Of a DNA stretch of 26,359 nt, positions 16,149 through 23,382 are shown piece after piece. The first letter of the stretch is position 1, and every line of letters begins with the position of its first letter. Both the position numbers and the translations under genes were made by a program. Below the pieces are notes generated by a model. It saw only the letters and a program-made list of their open reading frames with translations, did no database searches and was not told where the DNA came from. The stretch comes from a virus (taxonomy: Duplodnaviria > Caudoviricetes), in IMG/VR virus record IMGVR_UViG_3300038393_000718, positions 1 to 26,359 of that record. The stretch is one strand, 5' to 3'.

Positions 16149-18257
16149 CTATTGACGCGGCGCGCCCGTCTTGTGCGCCTTGATGCGGTTGGTCTCCGCA
16201 TTGGTCGCCTCGATTGCCAGTTCCTGCGGCAAATGCGCGGTCTTGGTTTCGAGATTGGTGGCTGTGGCGAGGTCTTTCCTGATCTGGACAGCCTTGTGAA
16301 CAGCCTCCAGCCCATCGGGCACCGCTGGAGCCTCTGACGGGCCGCCAAGCGTGACTGCCTGGGCATGTTTGAGCACGGCGTCGGCGGTTTTCTGGATCGC
16401 AGCGGCGTGGGATTCCTCAACCTTCGCGGCAATGAGCTGCTGGCCCGGATCGGGCTGCTGCGCCTGAGCTTCCTTGGCCAGTTCCTGCTTCTCATCATCG
16501 GTCGGCTGGAGAATGCCCAGCCTGATACCGCGCATCCGGACCCATTTCTTGAGGTCGTTGATGCCTTCGCCGTCCATTTCCGCGAGAGCTGCCGTAATGC
16601 AAGCTGCGGCCAGTTCCTGATCGTTGGCTGAGCCAGCGGCTTCCGCCATGCCGACAAGCGAACGAACCGTTGCGTCACGGCGGGTGCGTGAGGATGGCCC
16701 GACATCAACGATGCAGCGATATTTGCCGTCGAACACGTTGCTCGCGATCTGGCTGCCGTCCTTGGCGATCGCCGGTTCGCCGATGGTGATGTAGGTATCG
16801 CCGCCCTTCTCGTCGATGGCGCGCATCTTGCGACCCTCTTCGACGTAAAGCTCAGCGGCCATGCCCTTCCACACCGTACCGCAGCGCCGAACCGCTGTCC
16901 CGAAATTGTCGGTGTAGATGAACGTTTTGGCATCGACCCGCTGGTGCACAAGCTCGATAGCCTGGGCGGAGGTGTTGGCCGGAACATCGTCGGCCTGTTC
17001 CGAGCTGCCGGTGATGTCGGCAATGTCCTGTCCGGATAGCTGGATCAGGGCTGCAAGGGCGGCGGGAACCTGTGTCGGCTCAACCTTGCCCACTGCCCCG
17101 TGCTGGACAACGCTGCCGTCCTCGTTCCTGAGAGCGCGAGCCAGCGCATAGGGGTGGCGCTTGATATTGCCCTCGGCCCACATGCCCTCAAGCCCAGCAA
17201 CCTGTTCGGGGTCGAAGATGGGCTTCTCGAACGGCGAAATTGCCGCGATCTCGGCGAGCTGCGACACCTGGGCATTGTAAATCCGCTGCGGGTCCTTGGC
17301 TTTGCGCACATGACCGGCGCAGCGCTCGATGTTCTCCACCACCCAGCGCTTGGCGTAGAAGGTGATGACCGGGATATTCGGGCCTGCGATTTGCTCTTCC
17401 TCAAGCACCTCGCAGCCGGACAGCGTGTATTTGGTGACGACCGGCTTTTTCGCCTTGCGGGTGCGGCTGATCGTCCAGCCCTTGGAACCAAGGTCGGTCA
17501 GTTCTTCGCCATCAGGGTCGTACAGGACCTTCTCGTCCTCGATCACCGGATGGGTGAGCGTGACCTTCTCGGTTTTCTTGTCCTCGATCTCGTAATATTC
17601 GCCGAGATAGACCTCCTCCAGCGAGTGCCAGTTGAACACATGACTGGGCCAGCGGGCAAAGTCGCTGCTCGCCTTGTCGCCGTACTGCTCTTCAAAGGCC
17701 TCCTTGGAGATCGGCGTGAGGACGATGCACCATCTGGCGTCGGCCTTGTCCTGCCGCTTGGCCTCGGGATCCCAGAACACGCGCTGGTCGGCGTCGGTGA
17801 TCGGTTCAAACGCTATCCGCTGGTGGTCGTTGTCGGGATCGGACTCGTCCTCGTAACAGGCCCTCAGCCGCCACGCGCCCATGCCCCCGCCAACGCCTTC
17901 CTCGAACGCATTGTCCTGCGCTTCCTGCCCGCAATCCTCGAAATCCGCACGATACAGGCCGTCCAGAGCGTCGGCGGTCTCGTCGTCGCCATTCTCGTCA
18001 TCGGGGCGGAAATCGACGCTGATCCGGTTGTTGCGATATTCCGAGAAGATGCGCACCAGCTCCTTGCTGGTCTTGTCCACTTCCATGCGGGGAGCGTTCT
18101 GGAACTGCGCGGTCCATTCGTCATTCCACTGAGCGCCGCGAATGGTGCAGAAGCGGCGATCGTCAAGGCATTCCTCGCGCTCGTCCTTCTGGACAAGCCA
18201 CACCGCGTCCATGCGCTTCATCGCGCGAGCGTGAACGTCCTCCAGGCGCTTAGTCAT
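16149..18257 (-). CDS. Portal protein (P22-like)
   Basis: 702 aa; DRRF...GAQW, EYRNNRISVDFRP, GHVRKAKDPQRIYN, DVGPS...RR.ATVR.L. Confidence 0.95.
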   Translation of the reverse strand: MTKRLEDVHARAMKRMDAVWLVQKDEREECLDDRRFCTIRGAQWNDEWTAQFQNAPRMEVDKTSKELVRIFSEYRNNRISVDFRPDDENGDDETADALDGLYRADFEDCGQEAQDNAFEEGVGGGMGAWRLRACYEDESDPDNDHQRIAFEPITDADQRVFWDPEAKRQDKADARWCIVLTPISKEAFEEQYGDKASSDFARWPSHVFNWHSLEEVYLGEYYEIEDKKTEKVTLTHPVIEDEKVLYDPDGEELTDLGSKGWTISRTRKAKKPVVTKYTLSGCEVLEEEQIAGPNIPVITFYAKRWVVENIERCAGHVRKAKDPQRIYNAQVSQLAEIAAISPFEKPIFDPEQVAGLEGMWAEGNIKRHPYALARALRNEDGSVVQHGAVGKVEPTQVPAALAALIQLSGQDIADITGSSEQADDVPANTSAQAIELVHQRVDAKTFIYTDNFGTAVRRCGTVWKGMAAELYVEEGRKMRAIDEKGGDTYITIGEPAIAKDGSQIASNVFDGKYRCIVDVGPSSRTRRDATVRSLVGMAEAAGSANDQELAAACITAALAEMDGEGINDLKKWVRMRGIRLGILQPTDDEKQELAKEAQAQQPDPGQQLIAAKVEESHAAAIQKTADAVLKHAQAVTLGGPSEAPAVPDGLEAVHKAVQIRKDLATATNLETKTAHLPQELAIEATNAETNRIKAHKTGAPRQ

Positions 18258-18525
18258 CTGAAAGGTCCGCGTCGGCGGCGAAGCATTGCAGCTTGGCCGT
18301 CTCGAATATGCCCATCAGCTCGTAGCCGCTGGGCGCTTCGCCCCACGAATGGATCGCAAGCCCGTTCTCACTGGCGACGAGCGTCACGATCATTAGAGCG
18401 TTGCCGAACTCGCCTGAATCGATGCGCCGGCCCAACTCGCGCGCCATGGCGCCCATGTCCATCAAGTTGCCAATGGGAAGCTGGCTTACGTTGTTGTTAT
18501 CGACGGCAAGGTGCAGCTCGGCCAT
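18250..18525 (-). CDS. Hypothetical protein before the portal gene
   Basis: About 91 aa, overlaps the portal start; ATG 6 nt after the -10 element of copy G. Confidence 0.75.
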   Translation of the reverse strand: MAELHLAVDNNNVSQLPIGNLMDMGAMARELGRRIDSGEFGNALMIVTLVASENGLAIHSWGEAPSGYELMGIFETAKLQCFAADADLSDD

Positions 18526-18531
18526 TGCCAA

Positions 18532-18569
18532 GCGATACCGCCGCTCGCCTCACTCCAGAGATTTTCTGA
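18532..18569 (-). promoter_or_regulatory. Late promoter motif copy G: TCAGAA-N26-TATCGC-N6-ATG
   Basis: TCAGAA at 18569-18564, TATCGC at 18537-18532, ATG at 18525. Confidence 0.75.
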
Positions 18570-18834
18570 ACGGTATGCGGAACCTCTCACCTGATCAGGC
18601 ATTTACGCACCGAGGGCTAAGCGGGGCGACAATTTCGCTTGCCCTCGGCGGTGAGATGCAAGCCGTCACGGCACCAGCGCCGATTGAGAGAGACGCGATG
18701 GTTGCTCGGTACCCAGCCCCGGCGAGTAGGCCACTCCGATCAGCTACCCCCCCCGCTCTCGGATTAAGGCATGAAAGCCGGGGCTATCTAACCCGCGCTT
18801 GATACAATACTTGCGCGACATAGGGATCGGCTTT

Positions 18835-19041
18835 TCACGGCAAACCGAATATGAGCGCCAAGCCAAGGATTATACTGCTGAAAACGCCTGGCACGCCAAT
18901 AATGACGTAAAGTATCGCTGTGTCCCCTTGCCCCCGCTCGGCGAGCGCAACTGCACGATACAGGCACGCCGTGAACAGCGAGATTACGAACGCCGCGAGC
19001 AAGATCTTGCCGCCCTGCGCAAATTCAGCGCCCACACTCAC
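18835..19041 (-). CDS. 68-aa two-TM membrane protein; competes with plus-strand ORF 18799..19134
   Basis: GTG overlaps the terL stop (GTGA) with GGAGG upstream; two hydrophobic segments. Confidence 0.45.
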   Translation of the reverse strand: MSVGAEFAQGGKILLAAFVISLFTACLYRAVALAERGQGDTAILYVIIGVPGVFSSIILGLALIFGLP

Positions 19042-20270
19042 CTCCTGTTGAACCCCGTAGCCAATGACGGGATAGGCTTCACGATCACCTTGCGGTCATT
19101 CTTCAGCGCCCGCCTCGCCCCCTCGACCGCATAGCGCAGCGCGTCGATCATGTGGTTATCCTTGTCCTCAAGCACGGACGTGACCTGTCCGGTGAGGCTG
19201 TCCACCTTGTAGCTGTAGTGGGTCAGCTCATCGATGAGATGCTGGCAGCGTGGGTGGACGACCAGATCATAGCTCTTCAGGAACTCCACGCCCTCCTCGA
19301 TCGAACGTGAACCCTTGATAGCCGATTGAATGCGCGGAAAGCCGTGATTGCGCAGATGGCTAATCGTCTCAGGCCGTGAGCTGTCGGCGGTCATCCAGTA
19401 TTTCTCAGCATCTGGAATGCCCATGAACAACGTGGGCAGGCTGACGATCTCCACGCCGACGCCCCATGCCTCATGATCGATGAACAGCTGCGTCCCATCG
19501 ATCCAGCACCGCACGGCACATGACGGGTCAATGCTGAAGCCAAAGTCTGCGCCGAGCCGGTATTCGACATTGGCCGGGCTATCGAACGTCTCCACGCGCC
19601 AGTTCTTGAATACCCTGGCTTCGGAATTGGCGCGATACTTTCCGAGCCAAACATGGTTGTACTTGTCGATGTCGCGGGTCCGTGTGAACTCCATCTCAAC
19701 CCGGAGTTCTTCAGGAAACCATGGATTGTCCGGGTAATTGACCTCGCGCACGATGCTGTTGGGAGGCGGCCCGTGTTCACCGCGAAACATCACGTCCACC
19801 GGATCAGTGGGCAGGTCCGGGTTCCAGGTCCAGATAAGCCGCGACTTTGGCCCGCGAATGGTCGGAACAATCGTGTCGATGCTGCCTTGGCTGAACGCTT
19901 GCGCCTCATCTCCCCAGAAGGTCGTCACACCCTCGATCGACTTCACGCCCGCCGCGTTGCCCTTCAGGCCGGTGAAAATGAACAGGCCATCGTTCGGCCC
20001 GCGTATCTCCGTCTCCGTGCTGGTGAATATCGACCTTAGTCCTAGCCGGTCGATTTCGTCATCCAGCACGCGCTTGGAAGAATCTTTGATCGATCGCTGC
20101 GTTTCACGGCCGCATAGCACGCGCTCATGGTGCTCCATTGACTGAACGAGTAGGCCGGTCGCTACCGTTCGCGTCTTTCCCGGTCCGCGGCCTCCGTACC
20201 ATGCCAAATGGCGGAACGGCAGCCACAAGTCGCCGGCATACTCGGGTAGATCAATCTGCCCTGGACTCAT
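19038..20270 (-). CDS. terL: Terminase large subunit (PBSX-like)
   Basis: Walker A GGRGPGKT, Walker B FWGDEAQ, nuclease motifs GADFGFSIDP and DNHMIDALRYA. Confidence 0.95.
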   Translation of the reverse strand: MSPGQIDLPEYAGDLWLPFRHLAWYGGRGPGKTRTVATGLLVQSMEHHERVLCGRETQRSIKDSSKRVLDDEIDRLGLRSIFTSTETEIRGPNDGLFIFTGLKGNAAGVKSIEGVTTFWGDEAQAFSQGSIDTIVPTIRGPKSRLIWTWNPDLPTDPVDVMFRGEHGPPPNSIVREVNYPDNPWFPEELRVEMEFTRTRDIDKYNHVWLGKYRANSEARVFKNWRVETFDSPANVEYRLGADFGFSIDPSCAVRCWIDGTQLFIDHEAWGVGVEIVSLPTLFMGIPDAEKYWMTADSSRPETISHLRNHGFPRIQSAIKGSRSIEEGVEFLKSYDLVVHPRCQHLIDELTHYSYKVDSLTGQVTSVLEDKDNHMIDALRYAVEGARRALKNDRKVIVKPIPSLATGFNRR

Positions 20271-20637
20271 TCGTCCGCACCAAGTTCACCGTCCAGCTCT
20301 GCGGAAGTGGGTTGTCAGGATCGGATCCGACCAACGACTTCTCTTTCCAGTCGTCGGCGGCCATGTTCTTCAAGCCCAGTGCTATGGCGCCTTGGCAACC
20401 CTCGCCAGTGATTGCCAGCTTGCGATTGGCCTTCTCCCACCATGCGGCGCATTTGGCTTTCGCGCGCGCGCATGCTTGGGAAAAATCGGGATGCTCCTTC
20501 ATCCATTCGTTGATTGTCGAACGGCACACGCCAATCTCAGCAGCGAACGATGTTAAGCTGGCTCCCTCGGCAAGATGCTGGATAACCTCGTTGCAATAGG
20601 TTTCGCGGTACTTGGACGGGCGGCCAACGCTTGCCAC
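20251..20637 (-). CDS. terS: Terminase small subunit
   Basis: GRPSKY start, HTH ending W...HPDFS; directly upstream of terL. Confidence 0.88.
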   Translation of the reverse strand: MASVGRPSKYRETYCNEVIQHLAEGASLTSFAAEIGVCRSTINEWMKEHPDFSQACARAKAKCAAWWEKANRKLAITGEGCQGAIALGLKNMAADDWKEKSLVGSDPDNPLPQSWTVNLVRTNESRAD

Positions 20638-20778
20638 TCACGCAGCCTTTCGCTCTGGATAGTCTATTCTCACGATATCGCCCCAATGCGTCTCCCTACT
20701 TCCGTCAGGCTTAATGACGCTGTATAGGCCGCTTACCGATTTGAGCTTCGGGAACGGCTGGCGAAACTCGACGAGCAC
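20638..20778 (-). CDS. 46-aa hypothetical protein (MLVEFRQPFP...ERKAA); not in ORF track
   Basis: Exactly fills the gap between flanking genes (TGA-GTG junctions at both ends). Confidence 0.6.
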   Translation of the reverse strand: MLVEFRQPFPKLKSVSGLYSVIKPDGSRETHWGDIVRIDYPERKAA

Positions 20779-21117
20779 TCAGGCAGCCTTTCCAGTATCG
20801 GCCACATAGCCAGCGGCCCTCAGTGCCTCCAATAGCTTGGCAGATCCTTCCCGTGCATCTTTCTGACGCCGTGCATCGGAGATGGCTGCGGGCTCGTCGC
20901 GGTCCTGCGGCTCCCTTGCCCGGTAATAGCGATCCTTCACGCTGTCCCGGCTGCGGTAAGCGAGCAGAGCGTGCGTCTGGTCCAAGTCTAAACCCTTGGC
21001 GACAGCATCCTGGATAATCTGAAGCTCATTCGGCTGCCACCTTGCGACGACACGGCTTACAGCGGTGAATTGCGCTGTTACCGATCCGTGAGATTTTGTT
21101 ACCCTCCCCATCATCAT
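20779..21117 (-). CDS. Myb/GcrA-N-like helix-turn-helix protein, candidate late regulator
   Basis: WQPNELQII...GL.......L..RSRDSV..R pattern; strong SD GGGGAGG; last regulator-like gene before terS. Confidence 0.55.
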   Translation of the reverse strand: MMMGRVTKSHGSVTAQFTAVSRVVARWQPNELQIIQDAVAKGLDLDQTHALLAYRSRDSVKDRYYRAREPQDRDEPAAISDARRQKDAREGSAKLLEALRAAGYVADTGKAA

Positions 21118-21186
21118 CCTCCCCGCCCATCAGTTTGAACGCAGTCTCCAACACAAACGCGAACTCGTGGCGATTCAGCCGCTTGT

Positions 21187-21315
21187 TCACCGAACAATCC
21201 CCGCCATAATCAGAGCAACCGCAACGTAAATTCCGCCGGCAACTACGCCGAAGGTGAAATTGGCGATTCCCCAGAGGTAGTTCACGCCGAGCGACTTGAA
21301 GATCCGAGACGCCAT
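21187..21315 (-). CDS. 42-aa membrane peptide (MASRIFKSLGVNYLW...MAGIVR); not in ORF track
   Basis: TAATG coupling with GGAGG upstream; one long hydrophobic segment. Confidence 0.55.
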   Translation of the reverse strand: MASRIFKSLGVNYLWGIANFTFGVVAGGIYVAVALIMAGIVR

Positions 21316-21800
21316 TACCTTCCTCCGGTGGGTGAGATGCTGAGCGGATTGCGCTTGAGCCCGAACTCACTGAGGATCTTCCGCGCCTCTTCTTGTGTGC
21401 AGTAGTTTTCCTCTGGAGGCGGCAGGTAGTAACCTACCCCTCCGGTGCTCCGCTTGGGCTCTCGCCAGTTCATCATCTGCTCAGTCTCGGCAATAATCGT
21501 CGGCACGATCTTGCAGGGGTGATCGCATTTCTTGCGGGCTGCGCTGGCACCAATCGCCAAAATGTCCGGTGGAAGGTGCTTGAGCGTGTCCCACGCCACC
21601 ATCAGCCAATCGCGTCGGTTTTCCTCCGTCATTCCAACCGGCGCGGTCAGGGCCAGGCAGGCGGTCAGCTCGTTGCGAAACACCGTCCGCGTTTCCTCAT
21701 CGACCGAAGACCTGCAAGGCGGCTCGTGCCGTGTTGCTGAGGCCATCGGAGGGTTGATTTCTTCCCAGGGTGTTAGGTCGTCGTCGCTCATCGATTTCAT
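21315..21800 (-). CDS. Replication accessory protein (helicase-loader position); start uncertain
   Basis: Overlaps the end of the initiator gene; ATG at 21800 with AAGGA upstream; helical W....WDTL..LP...L pattern. Confidence 0.55.
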   Translation of the reverse strand: MKSMSDDDLTPWEEINPPMASATRHEPPCRSSVDEETRTVFRNELTACLALTAPVGMTEENRRDWLMVAWDTLKHLPPDILAIGASAARKKCDHPCKIVPTIIAETEQMMNWREPKRSTGGVGYYLPPPEENYCTQEEARKILSEFGLKRNPLSISPTGGR

Positions 21801-22299
21801 CCGCTTCCTTGATCCAGTTCCGCCACGCTGCGTCCCAATCCGAACACAGGCGGTTGTTTTGCAGAGCATGGTCTTTGAACTTCGACAGTTGGCGCTCCAT
21901 CCAGCCAACTGGCTTGGCAGCTACGATGCGACCTGCCTGGCCATCGGGCTTCAGCGATGCCGGTCGCCAATTCGGAGGAAGCGGATGCTTGGCCCTCGCG
22001 CGCGTCTCTCGCACACATGGGATGGGATTAATTTCTTTAGGGGGTCTGGGGGACGTTTCTTTATCAAGGGAAACCCGATGAGCGGACATGTCCGTGACTG
22101 TCCCGTGACTGTCCTCGGATTGTCCCGTGACATTGGCGGATTTCTGCCGTTCTCTTTGCGCGCGCTTGCGATCCCGTTCGGCGTGGCGACGAGCATCCAG
22201 CGACGATTGAATTGCCTCTATTTCCTCCAAGGCAATCGCTATCGCCTCCGGTGGGGCACCGGCCTCTGTCATGCGGCGGACGAGATTGGCGAGGCTCAC
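21697..22299 (-). CDS. Phage replication initiator (lambda O / DnaT-like C-terminus)
   Basis: N-terminal helical domain, ERDRKRAQRER, internal iterons, C-terminal LPPNW...F......DWDAAWRNW. Confidence 0.75.
   Translation of the reverse strand: MSLANLVRRMTEAGAPPEAIAIALEEIEAIQSSLDARRHAERDRKRAQRERQKSANVTGQSEDSHGTVTDMSAHRVSLDKETSPRPPKEINPIPCVRETRARAKHPLPPNWRPASLKPDGQAGRIVAAKPVGWMERQLSKFKDHALQNNRLCSDWDAAWRNWIKEADEIDERRRPNTLGRNQPSDGLSNTARAALQVFGR
22089..22131. repeat. Four tandem 10-11 bp repeats TGTCC(C)GTGAC, probable origin iterons
   Basis: tgtccgtgac / tgtcccgtgac / tgtcctcggat / tgtcccgtgac, next to an AT-richer patch at about 22027-22065. Confidence 0.75.
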
Positions 22300-22466
22300 G
22301 CGGCCGCCTGCTTACGAATGATCTTGTGTTGCTTAGCGACCGCGCGTCTCTTCGCTTCCTCAAGCGTCAGAAACTCAGCGACCTTCGGCTTGTGGCCGCC
22401 CTTGCCTTCGCCAACGAGGACGCCTTCGGAGATACACTCTGCTAGAGGATAGAAACGCCAGCTCAT
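22296..22466 (-). CDS. 56-aa hypothetical protein (MSWRFYPLAE...RKQAAA); not in ORF track
   Basis: ATGA and GTGA overlaps at both ends. Confidence 0.65.
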   Translation of the reverse strand: MSWRFYPLAECISEGVLVGEGKGGHKPKVAEFLTLEEAKRRAVAKQHKIIRKQAAA

Positions 22467-23008
22467 GCGCCCATTCTCGCTTGAACGAAGTGGAGAGCCT
22501 TGATCGTCTTGCTGTCGCCAGCTTCGATCAGGCGATCGACATCGCGAATGCCGGCGATGATCGTTGTGTGGTCGCGGCCTCCGAACTGGTGTCCGATGCC
22601 GGGGTAGGAAACACCCTCGATCTTTCTCACCAGGTACATTGCGACGTGCCGCGGAACCGCGATGTCACGCTTACGGCCACGGCCCAGAAGGCTTTCAACG
22701 GAAAGCCCATAATTCTCGGCGACAAGACCGATGATCCTGACTACGTTGAAATTGTAGGCGTGGATCTTCTTTGATCCTTTTGGCCTACCACGGCGAGGCT
22801 TGATCTGAACCGGCTTGAAAATCGGTGCAGCCTTGACCTTCTGGGGCTCGACAATCGCATATCCCTTGGCGCGAAGGATCGCGTCACGGAGCTGCTGCGA
22901 GCCATGCTGAGCCTTTTGGCGGAAGGTCTTGAGCTCCTGGGTTGCGAGCGTACCGTCAGTTAGCTTCGTGTGAAGCCTGCGGCCCTCCATCATTGTGGAA
23001 GCACTCAT
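22463..23008 (-). CDS. DNA-binding protein with a DnaA C-terminal (domain IV) HTH
   Basis: R...IAVPRHVAMYL......SYPGIG..FGGRDHTTI signature; ATG 23008 with GGAGA; no AAA+ domain. Confidence 0.85.
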   Translation of the reverse strand: MSASTMMEGRRLHTKLTDGTLATQELKTFRQKAQHGSQQLRDAILRAKGYAIVEPQKVKAAPIFKPVQIKPRRGRPKGSKKIHAYNFNVVRIIGLVAENYGLSVESLLGRGRKRDIAVPRHVAMYLVRKIEGVSYPGIGHQFGGRDHTTIIAGIRDVDRLIEAGDSKTIKALHFVQARMGA

Positions 23009-23382
23009 GCCCGTATCTCCACGACGACACGCGGATTTGAGACCGGCTCTGCAAAATGATATGACGGGAGAAAGCGCCGGTCGTTGACCTTGAGGGCGTC
23101 GGCAATGCCGTCCCAATACGGCTTCAGCCTCGCCGGCATATTGACCCGATCTGAGCGCTTGTCCGGTGGATAGAAGGTCGCGGACACGCGAATGTCTCCA
23201 TCACCTTCAGGAGCGCGGATATCCGCTGCAAGCGTAGCCATAGCCGCCCAAGTGCGATGCTTCTTCTTGATCGGCTGCAAGACGCGCCAGTGAACGTCAT
23301 GGTGGCCTGACAACTCTTTCGGCGGCCAGGGCAGCTCGATCAGCACCGACCCCTCTGGAGGTGTTTGGGTTTGTGAGGTCAT
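23005..23382 (-). CDS. RusA-like Holliday junction resolvase/endonuclease
   Basis: IELPWPP, FYPPDKRSD..N....K...DGIADAL..ND motifs; ATG 23382 overlaps the upstream stop. Confidence 0.8.
   Translation of the reverse strand: MTSQTQTPPEGSVLIELPWPPKELSGHHDVHWRVLQPIKKKHRTWAAMATLAADIRAPEGDGDIRVSATFYPPDKRSDRVNMPARLKPYWDGIADALKVNDRRFLPSYHFAEPVSNPRVVVEIRA

Noticed and set aside
16004-17023. Long same-strand alternative-frame ORFs (16004..17023, 4665..5504, 6427..6978)
   Set aside because: Arg/Pro/Ser-rich off-frame composition with no motif, unlike the MTase nested frame.
17100-18569. 489-aa plus-strand ORF and other long antisense ORFs (e.g. 5726..6436, 14212..14781, 21532..22452)
   Set aside because: They mirror well-supported minus-strand genes; stop-poor antisense frames are expected at this GC content and show no recognisable motifs.
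21026-21190. 54-aa coupled ORF MNKRLNRHEF...KVAAE
   Set aside because: It has a GTGA overlap but overlaps the better-supported HTH gene by about 90 nt; evidence is too weak to call.
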